The notes under the pieces are model-generated. The model saw nothing but the letters and a program-made list of their open reading frames with translations, was not told where the DNA came from and ran no database searches. Shown here in pieces: positions 13,397 to 25,013 of a stretch of 64,000 nt of DNA. The DNA is taken from the NCBI GenBank assembly GCA_035193785.1, contig CP136572.1, positions 4,084,578 through 4,148,577 of the forward strand, given 5' to 3'. This DNA is from Planktothrix sp. GU0601_MAG3 (GTDB lineage: Bacteria > Cyanobacteriota > Cyanobacteriia > Cyanobacteriales > Microcoleaceae). Every line of letters begins with the position of its first letter. Within the stretch, counting starts at the first letter, position 1. A program made the position numbers and the translations under genes.

Positions 13397-13948
13397 TTAA
13401 TTTAAACCATGGGATTGAGGTTTTAAAATAGTGGGAATTTTTTCTAAGATTTGGGTAACAACCTGTTGCGGGACACCGCCGGGATTAATTTTAATTTCGA
13501 GATCGGCTTGAGCGTAAAGGGATTGACGTTTTTCTAATATAGTTTGTAATTGTTGTAACGGGTCGGGATGTTGTAATAAGGGTCGAGTTTGATCTTCTTT
13601 TAAACGGTTATAGAGTTCTTCCACGGGAACATTCAGCCAAATAATCATTCCATGTCTGAGATAACTCCAATTCATTTGTTTAAGAATAATTCCTCCTCCC
13701 GTCGCCACCACAAATTTTTTATAGGCACAAATTTCTGATAAAACTTGAGATTCTAACTCCCTAAAAGCCGCTTCTCCTTCCGTGGCAAAGATATCAGTAA
13801 TAGACTGATGGGTTACTTGGCTAACTAAATCATCGGTATCCATAAACCGATACTCTAACTGTTTGGCTAATAATCGGCCAATGGTGCTTTTCCCTGACCC
13901 CATCATCCCAATTAAATAAATATTGATGCCTTTTAACTGTTCTTGCAA
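13397..13948 (-). CDS. aroK: Shikimate kinase
   Basis: GMMGSGKST, EGEAAFRELE, ATGGG, RPLL. Confidence 0.95.
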   Translation of the reverse strand: MQEQLKGINIYLIGMMGSGKSTIGRLLAKQLEYRFMDTDDLVSQVTHQSITDIFATEGEAAFRELESQVLSEICAYKKFVVATGGGIILKQMNWSYLRHGMIIWLNVPVEELYNRLKEDQTRPLLQHPDPLQQLQTILEKRQSLYAQADLEIKINPGGVPQQVVTQILEKIPTILKPQSHGLN

Positions 13949-14013
13949 AGTTGATAACTCTCCATTAAAAACGATTCTTTAGTATATCATTTATTCGATT
14001 TTACACTAATTAT

Positions 14014-16165
14014 TTACAATTTCATCGTTAAACTAATCCGTTTTAACTTTTCATTGATTTCCATTACCCGCACCTTAACCACCTGTCCAACCTTAACAAA
14101 TTTATTCGGATCATCAACAAATTGATCGGCGAGTTGGGAAATATGGACTAACCCATCTTGATGTACACCAATATCAACAAATGCGCCAAAAGCTACCACA
14201 TTTGTTACACTTCCTTCTAATTCCATTCCTATTTTTAAATCGGATATTTCCTTAATTCCTTCTTTGAAGGTGGCATATTTAAACTCAGCCCGGGGATCTC
14301 GTCCAGGTTTTTCTAATTCGCTAATAATGTCTTTTAGGGTAGGAATTCCGATGGTATCAGTAACATATTTATCCAGTTTAACGGATTTAATTTTATCCTT
14401 AAATTGACTAATATTATTTAAGGTAACTCCTACATCCTTCGCCATAATTTCCACAACGGCATAACTTTCGGGGTGAACTGCGGTATTATCTAAAGGATTA
14501 ACACCCCCCCGAATTCTTAAAAATCCCGCCGCCTGTTGAAAGGCTTTCGGGCCTAATTTAGCAACTTTTAACAGTTCTTTTCGAGTTTTAAAGGCTCCAT
14601 TTTCATTGCGATAATTAACGATATTTTGAGCCACCGTTGGGGTAATTCCTGATACAAAAGTTAATAATTCCTTGGAGGCGGTGTTTAATTCCACTCCCAC
14701 ATAATTAACACAACTTTCAACAGTATCATCGAGTTTTTTCTTTAATAATTTCTGATCTACATCATGTTGATATTGTCCGACACCAATGGACTTGGGATCA
14801 ATTTTAACTAATTCTGCTAGGGGATCTTGTAACCGTCTTCCGATGCTAATAGCACCCCGCACCGTTAAGTCTAAATCGGGAAATTCCTGTCGGGCTACAT
14901 CACTAGCAGAATAAATTGATGCACCGGATTCATTCACCATAACTTTTATCGGTTTTCGGTCTAATTTAGCAATAATTTCCGTTACAAATTCGTCGGTTTC
15001 TCGTCCGGCGGTGCCATTTCCGATGGCGATTAATTCGATTTTATATTTATCAATTAATTGTTTAACTTTTTTCGCAGATTCTTGACGTTGACCTTCCGCT
15101 TGATGGGGGAAAATCGTATGATATTCACAGAATTTTCCGGTTTCTGATAAAACGGAAACTTTGCACCCAGTCCTAAACCCGGGGTCAATGGCTAAGGTGG
15201 GTTTCATTCCCGCCGGGGAAGCAAGTAATAATTCTCTTAAATTCGATTCAAAGGTTTTAATTGATTCTAAATCAGCGTAGGTTTTGCGATCGCCTCTAAC
15301 CTCACTGATTAAGGAGGTTTTCATTAACCGATTAAAGGCATCTTTTAACATCGGTTGATAGAATTTTCTAATAATAGGATTTTTAGTTTTAATTTCCTGA
15401 GATTCTAAATAGGACTGAATAAAATCTTGATCAAACTCAATCTCAACTTTTAAGATTCCATCCGTTTCTCCCCGCAATAATGCTAACAAATTATGGGGTT
15501 TAATATCCTGTACATTTTCTCGATATTTGCGGTACATTTCAAATTTAGTTGATCCTTCGGGATAGTCCTCTTTTACTAGGGAAACAAATACCCCTCGATT
15601 CATTAAATATTCTCTTAAATAGGCTCGTAAATTAGCTTTTTCGGATACAATTTCTGCTAAAATATCAGAAGCTCCATTTAAGGCTTCTTCAATAGTTTTA
15701 ACGCCTTTTTCTTCGGAAATATATTTTTCCGCTTCTGATTCTAAAGCAAGGGTTGGGGAATTAGGTTGATTAAAATTAGCAATAAATTGGGCTAGGGGTT
15801 TCTAATCCTTTTTCTTTAGCAATGGTGGCGCGGGTTCGGCGTTTGGGTTTGAAGGGTAAATATAAATCTTCTAATTCGGTTTTTTGTAAACAGGTTTCAA
15901 TTTTTTCTCGAAGTTCATCGGTGAGTTTTTCTTGGGATGCGATCGCTTCTAAAATACTCTTTTTTCGGTCTTCCAATTCCGTTAAATAGGCATAACGTTC
16001 CGAAAGATCCCGCAGTTGAACTTCATCTAAGGAACCCGTTATTTCTTTGCGATATCGCGCTACAAAAGGAATGGTTGCACCCTCGGAAAACAGTTGTAGT
16101 GCGTTTTCTACCTGAAAGGGTTTAAGGGACAGTTCTTGAGCGAGAATTTGGGAAATATTGAGCAT
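14014..16165 (-). CDS. tex: Tex/YhgF S1-domain transcription accessory protein; frameshift at 15798-15802
   Basis: [33 protein letters not shown]-terminal S1 domain. Confidence 0.93.
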
Positions 16166-16287
16166 GGGATTCAGAATCAACGGTGGTTTTACCTAATCTT
16201 AATTATATCATATTTAATTCAATGTCAGAAATCCGAATAATCGTAGGGGCGAGGCACGCCTCGCCCCTACACAGCCAACAACTTTAA

Positions 16288-18358
16288 TTAAGAACGAGTT
16301 TGACTGGCTTGCAACTGTTGTAACAGTTCTTCATGGTTTTTGGCAGGTTTATTACATTTTAATCCCTGACAAACTAAGCCGATAATATCATCAGAAAGCG
16401 TGTTATCAACCTTAAAAATAGTCGCGGGAAAATACTGCACACCTAACCCAGAAATTTGTTCGGGAGAAGTCCGAACTAGGGTATTATTTCGATACCAGTC
16501 TAACGCCGTAAATAAACTAGGACAGGCTTGGGGGGATTTTTGCATCACGGAACTAAAGGCGGTTAACCCCTGTTCCGCTTGGTCTAAAAATTCCAGATTT
16601 TCTGTTAACAAAAACAGCCGCACCAAATTAGCAATAGCTATCCCATTCGCCGATGGAGTGGCATTATCAATATAACTGCGTTCTCGAACTAATAAATCCT
16701 TTCCGGTGTCCTTGGCGGTATTAAAATAGCCTCCTAATTCCACACTCCAGAGTAAATTATTAAATTCTTCTTGAACTTTTTTCGCCTGTTCTAACCAATA
16801 ATCGGGTGATACCAAACTGGGGGTTAATATTAAACTAGCTTGGTGTAAATCAATCAAGGCTTTAACGAATAACCCATAATCTTCAGATTGAGCTACAACA
16901 TCCGGTTCTCCTTCATAATTGACTCGATGTAAACGTCCCTCCACCCATTGATGATTCAGAATAAATTGAGCCGCTTTTGTGGCTAATTCTAAATATTCAA
17001 CTTCCCGAAAAACCTTCGCAGCTTTGGCTAAACCGGAAATCATTAAACTATTCCAAGCCACAATCATTTTAGTATCCGTGACCGGAGGAATTCTACCTAA
17101 CCAATGATGGGTTTTTGCCTCCTGATTATTGCGGGCGGGGGGAAAGAGTTTTAAGGTTTCTGGCATTTCCCCATACCGCACTTGAAACAGTTTTTCCAAA
17201 CCAGATTCGATGGTATTACTTAACTCATCTGCATTGCACCGTTGCAAAACATTCTTACCTTCAAAGTTACCGGATTTTGTAATAGTAAATTGTTCTTGCA
17301 GGGCGGCATATTCTTCAGGAGTTAGGATTTTTTCTAGTTCACTATTATTCCAGACATAAAAAGCTCCTTCTTCCGGTTCTAACTCCTCGGGAGTAGTAAA
17401 ATTATCGGCATCTTGGGAAGCATAAAAATAACCTTCGGGAGCGGTCATTTCCCGTTTCAACCATTCAACTGTTCCCTGAATTGAACGTTTAAAGGCAGGT
17501 TTTTGCATCCCCGCACTCCATAAATCCGCTAAATATTCAACAATTTGCCCGTTATCATAGAGCATTTTTTCAAAGTGGGGAACTGTCCAGGTAGGGTCAA
17601 CTGTATACCGATGAAATCCCCCAGCAACGTGATCATAAATTCCCCCCAAAGCTAAGTCTAAACCCCGTTGGGTGCAGGCTTCCTTTCCATCATATTTTGA
17701 CTCAAAATTAAACCGAATTCTTCGTAATGCCATCTCGGAATAGGGAATCATGGGAAACCTTGGCCCCCCATATTCATTACGACTAATCACCCCGGTATTG
17801 GCTTCTAATCCTATTTGTAATAAATCTTCGGTTAATGTAGAAACGGGTAAAATTGTAGACTGCTGCAAATGCGTCATAATTTCATCTTTAAACGCTTGCA
17901 ATTTGGTTTTTTCTAAGTCATAAAATCGACGAATAGCTTGTAAAACTTCTAAAAATCCAGGTTTACCATAACGGGGTTTCTAAGGGAAAATAAGTCCCGC
18001 CATAAAAGGGGATTCTTTCATCGGGAGTTAGGAATATATTTAACGGCCATCCCCCCTGACCAGTCATCATTTGTAAAGCCTGCATATAAATACTATCAAT
18101 TTCTGGCCGTTCTTCTCGATCAACTTTAATTGGAAGGAAATGTTGATTCATATATTGAGCAATTCCAGGGTCGGAAAATGCCTCTCCTTCCATGACAGTA
18201 CACCAATGACAACTGGAATAACCAATCGAAAGAAATATGGGTTTATTTTGCTGATTTGCTGTTTCTAAAGCCTCGTCACACCAGGGCCACCAATCAATGG
18301 GATTTTCTGCGTGTTTACGAAGATAGAGACTTTTGGATTCAGAAAGACGATTAACCAT
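16288..18358 (-). CDS. Thioredoxin-domain protein (YyaL/SSP411 family); frameshift at 17976-17980
   Basis: [31 protein letters not shown]. Confidence 0.9.
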
Positions 18359-18536
18359 TAGAAATACCTAAAGATGTTTTAAGTAGAGACGTGCCATGGC
18401 GCGTCTTTACGGGGACTATTAATTATATCAAATCTGGGTAGAGATTTTTGATTAGCAATTCATGGTTTAATATTAATATCGAAATAGAGAGACGCGCCGT
18501 GGCACGTCTCTACGGGTATATCAAAATTTTAAAATT

Positions 18537-20103
18537 ATGGTTTCTCGACGACGGTTTAATCAACTTGCGGCTTATTTTTCCCTGGGTTCCCTTGTTCCTT
18601 CTGGTGTTTCTCAACTGTTTAATTTTAACATAAATGAAGCAGAAATTCAAGAGAAATTTAAAACTTTATTATCAATTTTAGATCCAGAAACTGAGTTATT
18701 AGTCCCGACTTATTTGGGTAATGATCAACGGCGTTTTTATGGGCGAGGAGTGCCGGAAAACCTGAAAGAAATTCATAAATTCCCATTAGGAACGGGGGTA
18801 ACTTATGTGGGACGCACCCGTAAAGTTTGGAGTGGGGCGGGATGGACAGGACAACCGACTATTACCCGCGATCGCGGTAAAACCTATTTAATTATAGGAG
18901 CTTTTGACCACTATTTAAGAAAAATAGAATTAGACACTCAAAAGGAAATTTGGAGATATAAATTTGATGATGTGGTTAAAGGAACCTCAAGTATTTATAT
19001 TGATGAAACAGCCACGGATGAGAACCAAATTGTCGTTTTACAAGGAAGTCGTAGCAGTCTGTCGAAAGGAGGATTAGCCACAAGTTTTCGAGCAATTTCC
19101 TTTAGGACGGGAAAAGAAATCTGGAAATTAGATTTACGTCCTACCCCAAGTTATAGTCGAGATAATGATAGTTCGCCCTTATATTTAGGGGATGGAGTTA
19201 TTTTTAATGCGGGGGAAAATGCGATCGGTTATTTTCTCAATAGTTCAGCTAAAACGGCTGAAAAAAAATCAGGATTTTTACAACCTCAAATTTTATCAGA
19301 AGTCAAACTTTATCAGGATGGAGATAGTAGCAGACATGGGGGAAATTTAGTTAGTGAATCCTCGCCTTCTCGGTTAGAAAATCGGATTTTTATGGCATCG
19401 GGTTCGGGACATATTTATGGAATTGATTTAAAAACTAGAAAAATTAATTGGGATTTTTATACCGGTTCCGATATTGATGGTTTCGGCGGTGATTTCTCAA
19501 GATGGTAAGTTATTTTGTGCGATTGAAAAACAATATATTCCGGGAAATGGCGGTGTACTTAAACTCAATCCTAACCGAGAACCTCAAGATAGTGTGGAAT
19601 GGTTTTTACCAACTAAAAATCAAAAATTTAATACCTGGGATGGCGGTATAATAGGTTCTGTAGCCTTAAATGATGAATATAACCCCGATGGATTTCCGGC
19701 TATTTTTGCCACCAATGCAATCGATGGTTATTTATATATTGGTTCTCAAATGATTACAACGGATAAAAAGGTTTCGGGGCCATTAGGAAAGGGAGAATAT
19801 AAAACCCCCTTAATATTAGTCCAGGAAAAAATCGGAGCCTCAATTTCAACTCCTATTTTTACCGATGGTTATAAATTAGTAACGGCTGGATATAATGGAG
19901 TTTATTTATTTAATTTATATTGGGAGGAAGCGAGAGCAAATCAAAGCAATGCTATTCCTAATCAACGGGGAGAATATTATCGGTTAAGAGTCGAACAAAC
20001 GGGACGATTTAAACCCGAAGTTTCTTTTGAGTCAACTCCCGTGGTTTGGAATAATCAGGTGATGATTTGTGGACGGGATGGGGGATTATATACGTTAGGT
20101 TGA
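18537..20103 (+). CDS. Tat-exported PQQ-like beta-propeller protein; frameshift at 19480-19484
   Basis: SRRRF Tat-like leader; PQQ-type repeats (IWRYK, INWDFYTG, FESTPVVW...DGGLY). Confidence 0.7.
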
Positions 20104-20347
20104 AGCTATCATAAACCCGGTTTCCGATTCTTATATACAGACCATTATTCTCAGTATTCCCCCGGGGAGCGTGGGCGCACCCAAGTATCATCCATACTTG
20201 ATTTTGATTCGTTTTTCTCAGAAAAGTCTGACAAAAATCCCTGACAAAAATCTTTGATATATCCTATAGACAAAACATTACTTTTAATATATTCTAGGGG
20301 CAGATGAGGAGACAGAAAGGAAACCCAGGCAATTCACCTTAATCACT

Positions 20348-20482
20348 ATGAATACTGATTGGATTATCGTTTTAGGGATATCCGGTTTAGGGAGAACCTC
20401 TTTTGTTTTTATCGTCGGTTTTTATAAAAATTTACAGACATATAAACCCCTAGTAAATTATAATTATGAACAACAATTTTAA
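20348..20482 (+). pseudogene. Degenerate relic of a GTPase N-terminus (paralog of 21805 gene)
   Basis: MNTDWIIVLGISGLGRTSFVFIVGFYKNLQT aligns with MNTYSVIMLGPRGSGKT--VFLASLYKKLST; same atgaatact start. Confidence 0.6.
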
Positions 20483-21410
20483 TTGTACCAATTGGGAAAA
20501 TATATATACATATTCATACAATCAAGAAGTTACTTCCTTGGCTGTTTTCCCTGATCCAGATATTTTTGCTGCCCGCTATAATAATAATATTGTAGTGCAG
20601 AAAATTTCAGAAAAAGAACCTATTCAGACACTGACTGGCACAGTAAATTTTTTCGGGGGTTTTTCTACTCCCATTGTAGTTGATCCCACCGGGGAGTTCA
20701 TTGCTACTGGTATGATTGAGGGGTGGGATGAAAATGTGATCAAACTTTATAATTTAAAAACTAATACTTGTAAAACTTTAGGAATACATGGATACGGCAA
20801 CTTAACAAGAGTTACAGCCGTCGCATTTAGTCCCAATAGTAAAACAGTTATTAGTGCGGGTGGTAAAACAATTAAACTATGGGATACAGAATATGAAATA
20901 ATAGAGCGAGGTGAACTTTCTGGTCGTTTTAGTAATGTTAAATGTTTAGCCGTTGACCCCAATGATGGACTACTTGCTATTGCCAGTAATCAAGGTGCGA
21001 TTAATATTTATAAGATAGCAAGTAAAAAAGAAATTTTAATCAAACCACCTAGTCGATTTCCTATAAATTCCTTAGCTTTTAGTCCAGATGGGCAATTTTT
21101 AGTCAGTGGAAATAATCAGGGTAAAATTCTAATATGGAATCTAAGAACAGGAAGAGAATATCCTTTTAGTTGGAAGCAAAATCAATCGATTAACTCCGTG
21201 GCATTTAGTCCCAATGGTTACTTTCTTGCCACCGCCTATGATGACAAAACCATTAAAATTTGGAATTTAAAAAATCAAAACTATTCGGAACATTGCATAA
21301 TCATGGAAGAACATGACGAGGCTGTTACTGCTGTTGCATTTACTCCCGATGGTAAAAAACTAATTAGTGGCAGTAAAGATGGTACGGTTAGAGTGTGGCG
21401 ACCTGTTTAA
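20466..21410 (+). CDS. WD40 repeat protein (paralog of the C-terminal domain of 22971-24502)
   Basis: VAFSP...IKLWD/IWN repeats; C-terminus VAFTPDGKKLISGSKDGTVRVWRPV identical to the downstream gene. Confidence 0.9.
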   Translation: MNNNFNCTNWENIYTYSYNQEVTSLAVFPDPDIFAARYNNNIVVQKISEKEPIQTLTGTVNFFGGFSTPIVVDPTGEFIATGMIEGWDENVIKLYNLKTNTCKTLGIHGYGNLTRVTAVAFSPNSKTVISAGGKTIKLWDTEYEIIERGELSGRFSNVKCLAVDPNDGLLAIASNQGAINIYKIASKKEILIKPPSRFPINSLAFSPDGQFLVSGNNQGKILIWNLRTGREYPFSWKQNQSINSVAFSPNGYFLATAYDDKTIKIWNLKNQNYSEHCIIMEEHDEAVTAVAFTPDGKKLISGSKDGTVRVWRPV

Positions 21411-21804
21411 AAATAGTAATGATGTTTGTATCGAATAAGTATAAATAATTCATTTTTATAATTCGATATCATCTAAGGGTAATGGGGTTTGGAGGGTTTC
21501 GGGAAGTTTCAGCCAGGGTAATTGGTGTCATGGTGGTTTCTAGGGTTAGGGAAGATCAACTTGGCCTACATCTATTTTACCCGTGACGGCGGTACGATAT
21601 GCTTTTAATAGTATTACCCCAGCGAGCGAGGACGCTCGCACTTTATGTGCTTGCGACTTTTTATCCTATTCTTTCTATCCTATTCCCTATTCCCTGCGGT
21701 ATTTTTAAAAAATTTCTGAACATGGAATCAACACTAAACAATTTTATACTATACTGAATAAGGGGACGCAACAGCAACCTTGAGGATTTACTTCACGGAT
21801 TCGC

Positions 21805-22974
21805 ATGAATACTTATTCGGTCATTATGTTAGGCCCACGAGGGTCGGGGAAAACCGTTTTCCTCGCTAGTTTATATAAAAAGTTATCAACCCTGGGGGAT
21901 GCGGGATTTTTTCTGGAAGTTGATAGCCCAGATTTAGCCAATGATTTACACAACTACTATACTGAAATTGCTTATGATGAACAGTGGCCATCATCAACAC
22001 GAAAAGATAAAGAATGGATTTTCAATTGTCAAATACAAACAGATAATTTAAAAATTTACTCAGCCTGTAAGTTCACCTACTTAGATTATGGTGGCGGTAG
22101 ATTAACAGATTATGCAGAAAAAGAAAACCGTGAGTTTTCTAACAAAGTACAAAATGCAGATATTATGCTGGGATTGCTAGATGGTCAGAAAATTATAGCA
22201 TTGATGCAGCATGAAAAACAGGGTAGTATTTGGGCAATTAACGAACTGCCAAAGATGTTGAGTTTGATGCAACGTTTTGAAAAACCCATTCAGTTTGTAA
22301 TCAGTAAATGGGATATTGTTGAGGATAAATATTCACTTCAAGAAATTCTTGATCTTTTATTAGGAATTGAAGAATTTAAAAACCTAGTTAAAAAGCGCAA
22401 TAATGCAGGTATTCCGATTAGAATAATTCCTGTGAGTGCAGTGGGGAAAGAGTTTGTAACTTTGCAATCTGATGGAAGTATGGTAAAAAATTTAAACGTT
22501 TTACCTCGACCATTTCAAGTTGAAGTCCCTTTAGCTTGTGTTTTACCGGATTTGATTCAATCTGACTATCAAAAGATTCAAAAACAAAAACAAGACTTGG
22601 AAAATAGAAACGTAGAAGTTAAAGCGAATTTGAATTTTTTTGACCAAGTGGGTCAGTTTGTTGGTCAAGGATTGCAAGGAGCACAGAAAATTGTGCCTAC
22701 TATTATGGATTCATTCATTCCTAAAAAATTTGATTTTGCAACAGAAATTATTCAACAAATGATGATGTTTACTGGAGAAGTTGCCCTATATTCAGCTAAA
22801 AAAAAGAAAGAAACAGCAACTCGACGTTCTTTAGAATTACGTCTTGAACGTGAACAATCTCTTAAGAAAGTGACCGATGAAACAACAGCATTAGAATACT
22901 GTCTTCAGTGTTTTGACTTAGTTCAAACTGAACTTTATAATCAATTTCCCGAATCGGATATTAAATTACCATGA
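21805..22974 (+). CDS. TRAFAC-class GTPase with C-terminal coiled-coil region (conflict-system-type GTPase)
   Basis: G1 GPRGSGKT, G2 WPSST, G3 DYGG, G4 SKWD, G5 VSA; helical tail. Confidence 0.75.
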   Translation: MNTYSVIMLGPRGSGKTVFLASLYKKLSTLGDAGFFLEVDSPDLANDLHNYYTEIAYDEQWPSSTRKDKEWIFNCQIQTDNLKIYSACKFTYLDYGGGRLTDYAEKENREFSNKVQNADIMLGLLDGQKIIALMQHEKQGSIWAINELPKMLSLMQRFEKPIQFVISKWDIVEDKYSLQEILDLLLGIEEFKNLVKKRNNAGIPIRIIPVSAVGKEFVTLQSDGSMVKNLNVLPRPFQVEVPLACVLPDLIQSDYQKIQKQKQDLENRNVEVKANLNFFDQVGQFVGQGLQGAQKIVPTIMDSFIPKKFDFATEIIQQMMMFTGEVALYSAKKKKETATRRSLELRLEREQSLKKVTDETTALEYCLQCFDLVQTELYNQFPESDIKLP

Positions 22975-24502
22975 AAAATATAGAAGCTTGGTCTTTTTTA
23001 GTGAGTTGTAATCTCTATATTGATTATAGAACGGTTATTGCACCTGATTTTATCTGTGATGCAGATGTTGCTTTCTTTTTGACTCAAGCAGCCGGAGAAA
23101 ATATTACTAAACCTGGAAACTGCATTGTATCGAGAAGTAGATCATTCTATCGCTGGACAATTAACTTTAATTTTTAGGGTAATTCCAGCAACCGCAGAAA
23201 ATACAGGTTTACCTGGAAATGGAGTGTTAAAAGATACATTTGGTCGAGGAATTGACTTAATTGAAGGAGTAGTTTTAAAAGGAATTAGACCTGATGTTTA
23301 TATCTCTGAAGCAACTTTAGATCAAGTTCATGAGCAAATTATTGAACGGTATCGCAAATTTTGGGATACAGATACTCCTGCTTCTGCGACCCCTTCAACA
23401 AGATTTAATTTGCTATTTGATACTCAAGCCACAGATTTAGAATATATTAAATTAGACCCTTATATTCATCAGGAATCGACCTCATTAAGTTACGGCAACA
23501 ATCAAACAAAACAATGGGAATGTTATAATCAATTTTCATTAAATAATTATGTTTTTTCTATTATTTCATTTTCTGATAGCAATAGAATTGTAATTGGTTC
23601 TGAACAAGAAATTACTTTAATTAGCTTATCTGAAGGTAAAATAATTGATCGTTTTTCTGGTTTTGCTGTTCCACCAGAGTGTGATTATTATACACCTATT
23701 GCTTTAGATACGACAGAACAACTGATTGCCAGTGCAATGCTAGGATTTTTAGAAAAAAACCTTATTCAAGTTTTGAATTTAAAATCTTATTTAGAAAAAC
23801 AAAATCCTCAAGTTATTGGAGAATATGAGGGATCAATTTTAAGTTTAGGAAGTTCTCTTTTTAAAAAAATGTCAGGCAAACTGAAAGGATTAATGATGGT
23901 GAAAGCAGTTGCTTTTAGCCCCAATAGTGAAATTGTAATCAGTGCTAGTGTTAATGGTAAAATAAAACTCTGGGATATTAAAGGCAAAGGACTACAACGG
24001 GGAGTATTTTATCATGATTCTGAGGTGCGGTGTTTAGCAGTTGATCCAAATAGTAACACTTTAGCGAGTGGTGATGTTGAGGGTTGTATTAAGTTGTGGA
24101 ATTTAGGATCTCTGAGTGATCAACCCATTAAAATTATTCGACAAGAGCAACAAACTATTAATTCCTTAGCGTTTAGCTCAGATGGAACAAGGTTAGTCAG
24201 TGGTGTAAATAACGGTAATATTAAAATTTGGGATACAAAAATATGGAAAAAATATTCCGTTAACGGGCAACATTTAGAACCCGTTAACTCAGTTGCATTT
24301 AGTCCTGATAATAATTTGATTGCGAGTGGTTTCTGATGACAAAACTATTAAAATTTGGAATTTACAAAATCAAGAATATTCTGAAAATTGCACACTAGAA
24401 GAACATGACAAAGCGGTTACTACTGTTGCATTTACTCCCGATGGTAAAAAACTAATTAGTGGCAGTAAAGATGGTACAGTTAGAGTGTGGCGACCTGTTT
24501 AA
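22971..24502 (+). CDS. Uncharacterised N-terminal domain + WD40 repeats; frameshifts at 23116-23120 and 24329-24333
   Basis: ATGA overlap with GTPase stop; N-domain AWSFLVS..DYRTVIAPDF...KDTFGR..LIEG; then WD40 blades. Confidence 0.8.
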
Positions 24503-24533
24503 AAATAGTAATGATGTTTGTATCGAATAAGTA

Positions 24534-24636
24534 TAGGACTTACGCAGAAACCGGGTTTCTGAACGAGAAATCACCGATTTCATCCGCAAAATCAGGGCCA
24601 TAAACCCGGTTTCTTTGGTCTTGTGCGTAAGTCCTG
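24534..24636 (+). mobile_element. 103-bp MITE with 13-bp TIR (T/C)AGGACTTACGCA and 5-bp TSD AAGTA
   Basis: TIRs at both ends; AAGTA at 24529-24533 and 24637-24641; empty site present in the paralogous sequence near 21437. Confidence 0.9.
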
Positions 24637-25013
24637 AAGTATAAATAATTCATTTCTATAATTCAATATCATCTAAGGGTCAGTACCTAATGTACCCGTG
24701 ACGGCGGTACGATATGCTTTAAAAACTGCGATCGCCCTTTTACCCACACCCAGAACCGTAACAGACATCACATCAATCTACTCCCCCAATATCAAGATTT
24801 CCCCAGGGGGATGATCGGGCCAGGACAAACAGGCTAAAATATTGTCCAATTTCAGCAACCCTAAGTTCTTATTAAGTTTTCCGCCATCGGAAACATCCAG
24901 AGGGAAAATATCAGCAAACCGTCATCAATACAACATCACGAACTCAGCACGATTCTGTATTCTATTACCTGGATGATCCTTTACCATTGATTGATGCCCA
25001 CCAAGGAGAATAA

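Noticed and set aside
20227..20252. Direct repeat ctgacaaaaatc x2 upstream of the WD40/GTPase island
   Set aside because: It could be an operator, but two AT-rich 12-mers are not enough support.
20466..24722. Diversity-generating retroelement (TR/VR pair)
   Set aside because: No reverse transcriptase in the window, differences are not adenine-specific, and both copies are coding ends of paralogs.
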